Source: Candidatus Saccharimonadota bacterium
GTDB taxonomy: Bacteria; Patescibacteriota; Saccharimonadia; Saccharimonadales; Saccharimonadaceae
DNA: 32,000 nt
Assembly (NCBI GenBank): GCA_001897305.1
Contig: MKSO01000001.1
Span: forward strand, 810,001-842,000
Reading direction: 5' to 3'
Shown here: positions 17,227-24,692 of the stretch, piece after piece
Layout: every line of letters starts with the position of its first letter
Position numbering within the stretch: the first letter of the stretch is position 1
Notes under the pieces: generated by a model
The model's input: the letters and a program-made list of their open reading frames with translations, nothing else
The model's database searches: none
What the model was told of the DNA's origin: nothing
Made by a program: the position numbers and the translations under genes

Positions 17227-17519
17227 AGGCCGAGCAGGCTGGCGCGGTGACTGACAAAGTCACGCAGTTCTTCATTAGTACGAGGACGATCCCAACTTGC
17301 AAGTGAAAGTACTTCACTTATAGTGACGGGTTCGATGGTGGATTGTGTTGATTCCATGTGGTGCTGGCCTTTTTTTGTTTTTGTTGCTTGATATGCTTAT
17401 ACTAGCATAAGCTTAATGAAATGTCAATACCCTACAGGGGCAAGCCTCATAAACCCTTTTGACGTCCCTGTTATGCTTATGGTATAACCTACAGTAGAGG
17501 TACTCTAAAAAAGAAACAA

Positions 17520-18236
17520 ATGGACATACTTACTTCACTCGCAATTGTGGCATTTGCCGGCCTTATTCATGCCAGCTTTCAATTGAGCGTAAGTGTCCTT
17601 ACGCTCCTCAGTGGGCATGCTATTGGTGCCAAGAAATCACAAGGCCGCGTACTGCGTATGACCAGCAGTTATACGCTCGGTGCAGCCGTGATGACCTTGC
17701 TTGTCCTCTGTTTTGTCTGCCTGATAGTGCTTCACATTTTCGGCACTACTGTTCCCCTGTTGGTCTGGGCACTTGCCTGCGGCCTAGTGGCGGGTATTGG
17801 CATTGCAGTATGGCTGTTTTACTACCGCCGTCGCAGCGCAACTACAGAATTGTGGATTCCCCGCTCACTGGCGACGCATTTACATAACCGTAGCAAAGCA
17901 ACCCACGATAGCGCCGAGGCCTTTAGCCTTGGGCTGACCAGTGTTATTGCCGAGCTGGTGTTTATTATCCCCACTATCGTTATTGCCGCACTTACTCTAC
18001 TAGGCCTTCCTGGCGCTTGGCAGCTGGCCGGCATAGCCATTTACACGGTCGTATCGTCACTTGGTCTGTTTATTGTGTGGGCACTCATAGGCAGTGGTGC
18101 TTCACTCGCGCGCATTCAAAAGTGGCGGGTTGAAAATAAGCACTTTTTGCAATTTAGCGGCGGCAGCGCCTTACTTGTGCTTGGCTTTTTCGTTTACGTC
18201 AGTAAAGTCGTCGCGACAGTTACAGGGGCTTTCTGA
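17520..18236 (+). CDS. Integral membrane protein (about 6 TM helices), unknown family, 238 aa
   Basis: The hydrophobic profile supports this. The stop overlaps the start of the next gene (TGATG). Confidence 0.6.
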   Translation: MDILTSLAIVAFAGLIHASFQLSVSVLTLLSGHAIGAKKSQGRVLRMTSSYTLGAAVMTLLVLCFVCLIVLHIFGTTVPLLVWALACGLVAGIGIAVWLFYYRRRSATTELWIPRSLATHLHNRSKATHDSAEAFSLGLTSVIAELVFIIPTIVIAALTLLGLPGAWQLAGIAIYTVVSSLGLFIVWALIGSGASLARIQKWRVENKHFLQFSGGSALLVLGFFVYVSKVVATVTGAF

Positions 18237-18529
18237 TGAGTGAGGGTGGGCCTATTACACTGGTTGTGAAAAACGGCGCACGGCGTCATCCTGAAGAATT
18301 TAACAAAGAAAAGCTCCACTCCAGCCTCGTAAGCACCTGCCTTAGCAGCGGCGCGCCAACGGGCCACGCTGAAAGTATTGCCCGGCGCGTAGTTGACGAA
18401 GTCCTGATTTGGCTAGAAAGCCGCCCCGAAGTAACCAGTAACGACCTTCGGCGTGTTGCTGCAAAATATTTAAAAACCTACCACCCAGACGCAAGTTATT
18501 TATACGAACACCACCGCGGGACATTATAA
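18236..18529 (+). CDS. Stand-alone ATP-cone domain protein, 97 aa
   Basis: ITLVVKNGARRHPEEFNKEKLHSSLVSTC...AESIARRVVDEVLIWLESRPEVTSNDLRRVAAKYLKTYHPDASYLYEHH fits the ATP-cone pattern (V.KrdG..e.F...Ki..sl.......a..ia..V...l.......s..I...V...L......a..Y..y). Confidence 0.6.
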   Translation: MSEGGPITLVVKNGARRHPEEFNKEKLHSSLVSTCLSSGAPTGHAESIARRVVDEVLIWLESRPEVTSNDLRRVAAKYLKTYHPDASYLYEHHRGTL

Positions 18530-18540
18530 GGAGATTCACC

Positions 18541-19911
18541 GTGCCAAAACATACATTCGACTATGACCTCATTGTAATCGGCAGCGGCGCCGGCGGAAGC
18601 GCTGCGGCAACTATTGCCGCACGTGCTGGCCAACGGGTCGCTATTATTGAAGAAGACACTTTTGGCGGCGACTCGCCCAACTGGAGCGACGTGCCAACCA
18701 AAGCACTCCTTCACGTGGCGCATGTGTACGATGAAGCTCGTCATGCTGGCAAGTTTGGGTTACGTACGTCAACTTTGGGGTATAACTACCCCTCCATTCG
18801 CGCCTGGAAAGAGACGGTTGTAAAACGTACCGGCGCCGCCAATAACCGCCGCTTCTACGAAAACCACGGTATTAGCGCTTTTAATGGCCGGGCTCACTTT
18901 TTAACCCCACATGAAATTACCGTTAACCGTCGGCATTTATCGGCAGCGCATTTCTTGATCGCCACCGGTTCATCTTGGGTTACGCCCAACATCCAGGGGC
19001 TTAGTGGCGTTGATTTCTTTACCCCACGCACTATTCTCGAAGCACTTCGTCCACCAAAAAGTCTGTTTATTATTGGTGGTGGCCGCTATGGTATTGAGAT
19101 CGCCCAACTCATGGCAACCTTTGGCACGAAAGTATATATTGCCGAGCAAGCCGGTCGGCTTTTGCCCCATTACGACGAAGAAGTGGGCGTTGCCCTCGAA
19201 CAACTTCTAAGCGAACAAAAAGGCGTGACTGTTTTGACACATAGCCGTGTATTATCTGTGAGCAAAGAAGGTTTAACCAAGAAAATCCTAATTTCGCGTG
19301 GCGGTACCGAAAAAATAATCAAAGCCGATGAACTACTTGTGGCCGCCGGCCGCGCGCCTGAAGTTGATTTTGGCCTCGAAAACGCCTCGGTACACTACAC
19401 CCCCAAAGGCATCGAAGTGAATGAGTTCCTGCAAACGAGCGTGAAGCACATTTACGCCGCCGGCGACGTACTAGGCCGCGACAGCCACACCCACTCGGCG
19501 CTACTGGAAAGCCGAGTTGTAGCCCATAATATTTTGGAGCGTACCAAACTTGCACCCGACTACACAGCTACACCAGATGTCATCTTTACCAACCCCGAGA
19601 TTGCTCACGTTGGATTAAGTGAAGACGATAGCCGCCGCCGCGACCTTGCTATAAATAAAGCAGTAGCGCCGCTTAGCATTATAGCGCGCAGTAACACCGC
19701 CGATTTTCGTGATGGCTTTGTAAAAATCATTACCGATAAAAAAGGTGTTATTTTAGGTGGCACTATTATGGCACCCCACGCCGCCGAACTTATTCATGAA
19801 CTTGCCCTCGCCGTAAAATACGGCCTTACCGCCAAGCAGGTTGCCGATACACCACACGCTTTTCTTGCGTGGGCTGAAGCGATTCGTGTAGCAGCACAAA
19901 AGTTAAGCTAA
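18541..19911 (+). CDS. Class I pyridine nucleotide-disulfide oxidoreductase homolog (dihydrolipoamide dehydrogenase-like fold) lacking the redox cysteines, 456 aa
   Basis: GTG start with AAGGAG 7 nt upstream. FAD motif YDLIVIGSGAGGSAAA, NAD motif LFIIGGGRYGIEIAQ, and YAAGDV. Where GGTCLNVGCIPSKALL is expected the protein reads GGDSPNWSDVPTKALL, and the whole protein contains no Cys. Confidence 0.8.
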   Translation: MPKHTFDYDLIVIGSGAGGSAAATIAARAGQRVAIIEEDTFGGDSPNWSDVPTKALLHVAHVYDEARHAGKFGLRTSTLGYNYPSIRAWKETVVKRTGAANNRRFYENHGISAFNGRAHFLTPHEITVNRRHLSAAHFLIATGSSWVTPNIQGLSGVDFFTPRTILEALRPPKSLFIIGGGRYGIEIAQLMATFGTKVYIAEQAGRLLPHYDEEVGVALEQLLSEQKGVTVLTHSRVLSVSKEGLTKKILISRGGTEKIIKADELLVAAGRAPEVDFGLENASVHYTPKGIEVNEFLQTSVKHIYAAGDVLGRDSHTHSALLESRVVAHNILERTKLAPDYTATPDVIFTNPEIAHVGLSEDDSRRRDLAINKAVAPLSIIARSNTADFRDGFVKIITDKKGVILGGTIMAPHAAELIHELALAVKYGLTAKQVADTPHAFLAWAEAIRVAAQKLS

Positions 19912-19941
19912 AACGCCTGCCACTTTCGCGGCATACTGCAC

Positions 19942-19970
19942 TTGAAATACACCTTCACATCTGTTAAGAT
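19942..19970 (+). promoter_or_regulatory. Sigma70-type promoter for the initiator tRNA
   Basis: TTGAAA (19942-19947), a 17-nt spacer, then TAAGAT (19965-19970). The tRNA starts 12 nt later. Confidence 0.55.
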
Positions 19971-19981
19971 AGTGAATGTAT

Positions 19982-20059
19982 CGCGGGGTGGAGCAGCCCG
20001 GTTAGCTCGTGTGGCTCATAACCACAAGGTCGCAGGTTCAAATCCTGCCCCCGCTACCA
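19982..20059 (+). tRNA. Initiator tRNA-fMet (anticodon CAT), CCA encoded
   Basis: CGCGGGGTGGAGCAGCC.GGT.AGCTCG...CTCATAA...GGTTCAAATCC...CCCCGC is almost colinear with the E. coli initiator tRNA as I recall it. Position 1:72 is unpaired (C1/U72). There are two G-C pairs at the base of the anticodon stem, where the canonical initiator has three. Confidence 0.85.
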
Positions 20060-20066
20060 AGAAAGA

Positions 20067-20092
20067 CTTCGAAGTTATTCGAAGCCTTTTTT
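20067..20092 (+). terminator. Rho-independent terminator after tRNA-fMet
   Basis: CTTCGAA-gtta-TTCGAAG (7-bp stem), then CC and T6. Confidence 0.65.
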
Positions 20093-20112
20093 GTTTTGTA
20101 AACTAAATTGTT

Positions 20113-20676
20113 TTATTTAATAGTTACTACTTGCAAGAAAGACTGTATATCGCCCTTCACTCGAGCTAAGACATCCTTAGCACCCTGCTTAAACTGCGGA
20201 AGCGGAGTGTCGTCAGCGGCCATAAGGTCTATACAATTTGAATTTTGTGGATAGGTAATAGCTTTCGTAGAGGTATTCAGTATGCCATAGATAATAATAT
20301 CTTGCTTAATCGCTTTGGGCGCGTCGTCCGTGCCACAAACATCATCGGCATTAGCTCCTACATACGTAAGGTAGTCTTGATAGGCTTTGTGGCTAATCAC
20401 TACATACTCTGAGCGCTCGTCGCCATCATGCACAGCAAACACGATATCCCGATAGGTTTTAATATCGGGATAAGTAGCCGTTGTGCCATTCGGTAGTTTA
20501 ATGGTTTTTTCCGGGATAGGTTCGGTTGAGGTGCTTTTGTTGGCCGAATCCGTCTGCTGATCTGTAGTAGACGCAACCCGCCATACAATATACCCCACAG
20601 CGCACATTATAAGCACGACAAGAATAGAAATTGCTACAATAACTCTCGTTTTAGCCTGAGAACTACGTTTGCTCAT
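20113..20676 (-). CDS. N-terminally anchored extracytoplasmic protein, unknown function, 187 aa
   Basis: Basic N-terminus plus one TM helix (VIVAISILVVLIMCAVGYIVW), then an S/T-rich linker and a globular part with two Cys. No family recognised. Confidence 0.55.
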   Translation of the reverse strand: MSKRSSQAKTRVIVAISILVVLIMCAVGYIVWRVASTTDQQTDSANKSTSTEPIPEKTIKLPNGTTATYPDIKTYRDIVFAVHDGDERSEYVVISHKAYQDYLTYVGANADDVCGTDDAPKAIKQDIIIYGILNTSTKAITYPQNSNCIDLMAADDTPLPQFKQGAKDVLARVKGDIQSFLQVVTIK

Positions 20677-20700
20677 GGCACTAGAATACCATATGTTTAT

Positions 20701-21165
20701 CTATGATTTGTCATTCGAGTTAATACTCTTGCTATACCCACCAAATAAGAAGTTGAGCCATTGCTCCAAATTACTGGTTTGATTACTTGTGGATGGTGTT
20801 GGTGCGGCAGGGCTAGCGGTTTTGTCGGCATTTTTGGCGGCATCGGAATTTTCAGGCAAAATAAGCACACTTTCACCAGGCATAACCAATCCTAAACTTT
20901 CGCGCGCAGCTAGCTCTTTGTATTCATCGGTTTCATAGTAGCGTTTTTGGAGTTGCAGGCTCTCGGTTTGGAGCTGTGCAAGTTGCAACTCACGCTTCTT
21001 TTGGTCTACTTCACGTTGCAACCCATAGTTACGTTGCATCACCTGTAGCGACCCCCACACCCAACCAGCTGCAATCAAAAAGGCCGTTAAAATAACCAGG
21101 TTATTAAACGTCAAATAACGATGACGCAGACTGTACACAAATTTGCGAATGTTGATTTTTTGCAT
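20701..21165 (-). CDS. Septum formation initiator family protein (FtsB/DivIC-like), 154 aa
   Basis: One TM helix, then a coiled coil (REVDQKKRELQLAQLQTESLQLQKRY), then the family-typical ...YKELAARESLGLVMPGESVLILP. Confidence 0.7.
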   Translation of the reverse strand: MQKINIRKFVYSLRHRYLTFNNLVILTAFLIAAGWVWGSLQVMQRNYGLQREVDQKKRELQLAQLQTESLQLQKRYYETDEYKELAARESLGLVMPGESVLILPENSDAAKNADKTASPAAPTPSTSNQTSNLEQWLNFLFGGYSKSINSNDKS

Positions 21166-21266
21166 AGGTATGAAGCTTATGGCTTATAGGGTTATTATAG
21201 CACCTCTTTGGGCGTCGTGATTTATGCATAGCTCAACAGATTGAAATACGCTATAATGTCGTAAGC

Positions 21267-21342
21267 GGGGCTGTAGCTCATCGGTCAGAGCAGGCGGCTC
21301 ATAACCACTTGGTAGAAGGTTCAACTCCTTCCAGCCCCACCA
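21267..21342 (+). tRNA. tRNA with anticodon CAT, probably tRNA-Ile2 (lysidine-modified) rather than Met
   Basis: Cloverleaf: acceptor GGGGCTG/CAGCCCC, D arm GCTC-ATCGGTCA-GAGC, anticodon loop CTCATAA, T arm GAAGG-TTCAACT-CCTTC, with CCA encoded. The stretch GAGCAGGCGgCTCATAAcCaCTTGGT closely matches my recollection of E. coli ileX (GAGCAGGCGACTCATAATCGCTTGGT). There is a C29-A41 mismatch. TATAAT lies at 21252-21257. Confidence 0.8.
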
Positions 21343-21360
21343 TAGAGCTTATACTTAAAG

Positions 21361-21385
21361 GGACTCCACGCAGAGTTCTTTTTTA
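21361..21385 (+). terminator. Weak rho-independent terminator after the third tRNA
   Basis: GGACTC-cacgca-GAGTTC (6 bp including one G-U), then T6. Confidence 0.4.
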
Positions 21386-21400
21386 TTATAAAATGAACGC

Positions 21401-21766
21401 ATGAGACACACTGCGCGCGGAATAATACTAAAAGATCATCATATCCTGCTAGTAACAGGACACGGCGCGGATTTTTACTGGACGCCTGGCGGTGGTGTAG
21501 AGGATGGCGAATCCATTATTGATACATTACGTCGGGAGATCCAGGAAGAATTAGGTGTCAAAGTAAGCAGTCACGCACCCTACTATTCATACGCCTACGA
21601 AGATCAAAAAGTCGATACCTTTCTTATTACCATAAATGGTGACATTCAAGTTGGTGAAGAAATTACAGGCTACGTGTGGTATTCAAGCAGATCAGAGATC
21701 ACCCCATCAAACGGCTTTGCTAAGATCTTACTGCCTAAATTGATAGCCGACGACTTGCTCGTTTAG
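21401..21766 (+). CDS. NUDIX hydrolase (MutT-like), 121 aa
   Basis: Perfect Nudix box GGGVEDGESIIDTLRREIQEELGV. Confidence 0.85.
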   Translation: MRHTARGIILKDHHILLVTGHGADFYWTPGGGVEDGESIIDTLRREIQEELGVKVSSHAPYYSYAYEDQKVDTFLITINGDIQVGEEITGYVWYSSRSEITPSNGFAKILLPKLIADDLLV

Positions 21767-21799
21767 TCCTGACCTCGCAGCAACATCCCACCGCACAAC

Positions 21800-22870
21800 C
21801 TAGGCCGACAACAGAACTTGCACGTACCCTCGCAATAAACCATAAAACGCATCAAAACTTTCCAGCGATAACCACTCATCATCACCGTGGGCTCCACCAC
21901 CGTCGGGGCGGAACATAATCACGGGAATACCCCTCTCTGCGAAGAATCGTGCGTCAGATGAACCGTGTGCCTTGATAAACGAAATGCCCGTGCCTGTTGC
22001 CTGTTTGTACATATCTACAAACATCACAATACGTTCATCTTGTAAATCAAGTTGAAAGTCGCTTCCAATAAGTAGATCGATAACTTCACCGTTATATTTA
22101 TTCAAAAGTGCATAAAACGTTTCCTTAATACGATCAAGGTCGGTTTTATCCTTATACCGAATATCTAACTTCGCTTCTGCTGTTGCGGGGCCCTGATTGC
22201 TAGCACTTCCCGACTGCACCATTGCAACGGTCATGGTTGAATTCTGCTGATCCGACGGATCGAATAGTTGCTCCATCTCTGTAATAAATCGCACCAGCTT
22301 CCCAGCCGCCCCATCACCTTCCCACGGACGCGAACCGTGGTGGGAACGCCCATTAATACGAATATACGGGTGGAATGTACCTTTTGCTGCGATACTCATC
22401 GAACCGAAGCCATTGCCAGCATCGGGTAGAATACAAAGTGCCGGCTTATAGCCTTCTCTTTCTAGCAAAAGCCGAGCACCGCTCATGCCTCCATGTTCTT
22501 CATCGCCGACCAACATTATAGCGATGTCATTGCCGTTCTTAACCGGGTCTAGCTCATCGACTAACTGCATAAAAGCTGCGACACCAAAGAGCATATCAAA
22601 TACTCCTCTCCCCTTAACAATACCCTCGGCACGTTGAAACGGTTGGTTGGCGCCGGGAACGACATCCACGTGACCCTGAAGCATGAGTTTTGGTGTTTTT
22701 GTATCGAACACCGAGGCTACAAGACTATTTACGCCATCAAATTCGTATCGTGTCACTTTTAAGCCTCTTTCTTTGAAGAATGCTTCTGTGTAATCAAGCA
22801 GTCGGCAAACCGCTTGCTGATCATCGGTAACCGAGTAAAACGAAACTAATTTCTCTAAATAACTTTCCAT
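21800..22870 (-). CDS. M20 family metallopeptidase/deacylase (ArgE/DapE/LysK-like), 356 aa
   Basis: LMLQGHVDVVPG, VGDEEHGGMSGARLL, a mid-protein dimerisation-domain-like insert, and a C-terminal GSSDARFF...HGDDEW. The start overlaps the upstream stop (TAATG). Confidence 0.85.
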   Translation of the reverse strand: MESYLEKLVSFYSVTDDQQAVCRLLDYTEAFFKERGLKVTRYEFDGVNSLVASVFDTKTPKLMLQGHVDVVPGANQPFQRAEGIVKGRGVFDMLFGVAAFMQLVDELDPVKNGNDIAIMLVGDEEHGGMSGARLLLEREGYKPALCILPDAGNGFGSMSIAAKGTFHPYIRINGRSHHGSRPWEGDGAAGKLVRFITEMEQLFDPSDQQNSTMTVAMVQSGSASNQGPATAEAKLDIRYKDKTDLDRIKETFYALLNKYNGEVIDLLIGSDFQLDLQDERIVMFVDMYKQATGTGISFIKAHGSSDARFFAERGIPVIMFRPDGGGAHGDDEWLSLESFDAFYGLLRGYVQVLLSA

Positions 22871-23934
22871 TATATATCTCCTGACTCTACAATAACTGCA
22901 CCAGAAACGGCGTTACTTGCTCCGTGCACAATCAACTCTGGACGTGCGACGTAACATCCGCCAATAACATCCGCTTTTATTTCACCATTTTCACGACTCA
23001 AGAGTGAGAAGACGCGAAGTATAGCGTTCTTTCTGCCCTCTGGGTTTTCAATCGCAACTGGCGGGTAAAATGGCTGCACAAGTGCACCGCCCATTTGATC
23101 GACATATGAATGCATATCTCGCTCCAAACGGCTCGCGCTCACCGTACTTGCACTTGTAAAACGTTTTTTGTCGGCATTTGACAAATAAATTGAAACACCC
23201 ATAGCCATTGAACCAATTTGGGCTTTGACCACCTGCGATGCACGATTCCCCTGATCATCGACAAGCAAATCACTAGCAGCTCTTGTCGATTTCATCAGTC
23301 CAAGACGGCGGAGATATGTTTTGTCCCCTTCGCTCACAAGTGGCATAAGTGCCCGAGACTGTAAGTTCATGTACGGACGTCGACTGCCTTCGTCGCCTGG
23401 AATCGCTTTGACGATTACTAAGCGATCCGTCTCGACCGGTTGGTTATTCGTGTTAAATAAGTAATCACTCCGTCCAAACACTTGGTCGTCATCGGTGCCG
23501 TGCCCACGAGCACCAGACACAATAACTAATGGGGTCTGGCCAACCTGATCGAGGTAGTGGTTAAGGATAGCGTCACGAATCCCAACACCGCCAATCCCTC
23601 GGTGAATCTTATCGGTAATACCTTGCCCCGACGGACTATCTTCCATTTCATATGGAACGATCTTGCCATCAATAATCGTGCAATCCGTTCGCACAACTAA
23701 CGAGGGAAGACCTAATTCATTCTGCACGTACGTTGGTTCGGGACCCTCGTCGGGTCCAAAGGCCGCGGCTGCCTGTTCTGTGAACTGCGCTATTTGTTCC
23801 CTATTCTCTTTGGTAAGTAGGATAGTGTCATCACTAAACGGCGTGGATAATCCGTCGTATATTGTCAGTGAGCCTGTTTGCTCACCAAAACGCACCCGCT
23901 GTAAACCCAGTTCACTACTTTTTATTATATTCAT
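22870..23934 (-). CDS. Hypothetical protein, 354 aa; apparent circularly permuted ATP-grasp-like ligase
   Basis: GGAG lies 8 nt upstream of ATG 23934; the track GTG at 23943 is 9 nt further up. The C-terminal half reads VVKAQIGSMAMGVSIY / LVQPFYPP / ILRVFSLL...GGCYVARPE..HGASNAVSGAV and then stops. The usually C-terminal metal-binding strands appear near the N-terminus as VVRTDCTIIDGKIVPYEMEDSPSGQG. Confidence 0.4.
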   Translation of the reverse strand: MNIIKSSELGLQRVRFGEQTGSLTIYDGLSTPFSDDTILLTKENREQIAQFTEQAAAAFGPDEGPEPTYVQNELGLPSLVVRTDCTIIDGKIVPYEMEDSPSGQGITDKIHRGIGGVGIRDAILNHYLDQVGQTPLVIVSGARGHGTDDDQVFGRSDYLFNTNNQPVETDRLVIVKAIPGDEGSRRPYMNLQSRALMPLVSEGDKTYLRRLGLMKSTRAASDLLVDDQGNRASQVVKAQIGSMAMGVSIYLSNADKKRFTSASTVSASRLERDMHSYVDQMGGALVQPFYPPVAIENPEGRKNAILRVFSLLSRENGEIKADVIGGCYVARPELIVHGASNAVSGAVIVESGDI

Positions 23935-23958
23935 CGTCGTCACTCCATTTAAATAATC

Positions 23959-24036
23959 AAAAAACCGCCCGTTGGCGGCCTGATCGATATTTTCAATGAA
24001 GTGTGTTTAGCTTAAAAACACGGAACAAGCCGCCAG
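23959..24036 (-). promoter_or_regulatory. 5' leader with mutually exclusive terminator/antiterminator helices upstream of the ATP-grasp-like/M20 operon
   Basis: In minus-sense RNA, the terminator is GGCCGCC-AACG-GGCGG(UU) followed by U6 (plus-strand coordinates 23959-23980), ending 25 nt before the ATG. Upstream, UGGCGGC (plus 24029-24035) is a perfect 7-nt complement of the 5' terminator arm GCCGCCA (plus 23973-23979). The hairpin GUGUUU-UUAAGCU-AAACAC lies between them. Confidence 0.45.
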
Positions 24037-24153
24037 AGGTTGGTAGCCATGAAACCAATAACCGGTTGTTGTTACGTATTTAATCATAATTTTTTTATAA
24101 CACAGTACTTTTATAAATGCAAATATAGCTGTTTCTTTTGCTATGATAGAACC

Positions 24154-24627
24154 ATGTTAGTTTTCATTAGCGGCAGCATCAACTCTGGAAAAACTACTAC
24201 TTCGCGTGTACTTGCCAAGCGTTTGAATGCCGCATATGTTAACGTCGATGATTTAAACGACACAATTCCTGACTTTAATTTAGCCACCGACCTCGATAAG
24301 TCTATGGACTTGGCCATCGCTACAATTAACAAACACACCGCCAAGGGTAAGGATGTGGTTGCTAATTACGTTATTAGGGAAAAAGACTGGAAACGCTTTA
24401 ACGATGAAATCATCGCTTCTCCGCAATTCATTATCACCCTTGCGCCAAGAATTCAAATCGCCCAAAGCCAGCGTGGTGATAGAGTCCTTAGCGACTGGGA
24501 AAAGTCACGCATTCAATATCATTACGATACAGGTATCGCATCGCCTAGCTTTGGGTCTATTATCGATAATTCTGATCTAACGGTTGATGAGACTGTCGAA
24601 AAGATTTTATCTATTATATCTGAATGA
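24154..24627 (+). CDS. P-loop NTPase / small-molecule-kinase-like protein, 157 aa
   Basis: MLVFISGSINSGKTTTSRVLAKRLN (Walker A) followed by ...VNVDDL. Its size and layout resemble the AAA_33/shikimate/chloramphenicol-phosphotransferase-type kinases. TGcTATGAT lies 6 nt upstream of ATG 24154, preferred over the track GTG at 24040. Confidence 0.6.
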   Translation: MLVFISGSINSGKTTTSRVLAKRLNAAYVNVDDLNDTIPDFNLATDLDKSMDLAIATINKHTAKGKDVVANYVIREKDWKRFNDEIIASPQFIITLAPRIQIAQSQRGDRVLSDWEKSRIQYHYDTGIASPSFGSIIDNSDLTVDETVEKILSIISE

Positions 24628-24692
24628 AGCAGATACCTATCAGCTCTCTTTAGAATTTGATATATTCATACTTTTATAGTATAATATAATCA

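Noticed and set aside
23663-23956. 97-aa plus-strand ORF opposite the 5' end of the ATP-grasp-like gene
   Set aside because: It is antisense to a longer, SD-led ORF, has low-complexity S/C/V-rich translation and no start context.
24040-24153. Long N-terminal extensions proposed by the ORF track: 24040 for the kinase, 28664 for RNase J, 28790 for CYTH, 16307 for the membrane protein, 15135 for the coiled-coil protein, 3026 for pilN, and 12 and 31936 at the window edges
   Set aside because: In each case an internal ATG has a proper SD or a -10 box at leaderless distance, and the homologous domain starts there. The extensions are Cys/Phe/Tyr-rich or otherwise non-protein-like, or begin at TTG/GTG inside promoter-like DNA. 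The starts at 12 and 31936 are in-frame TTG codons within genes that continue past the window edge.
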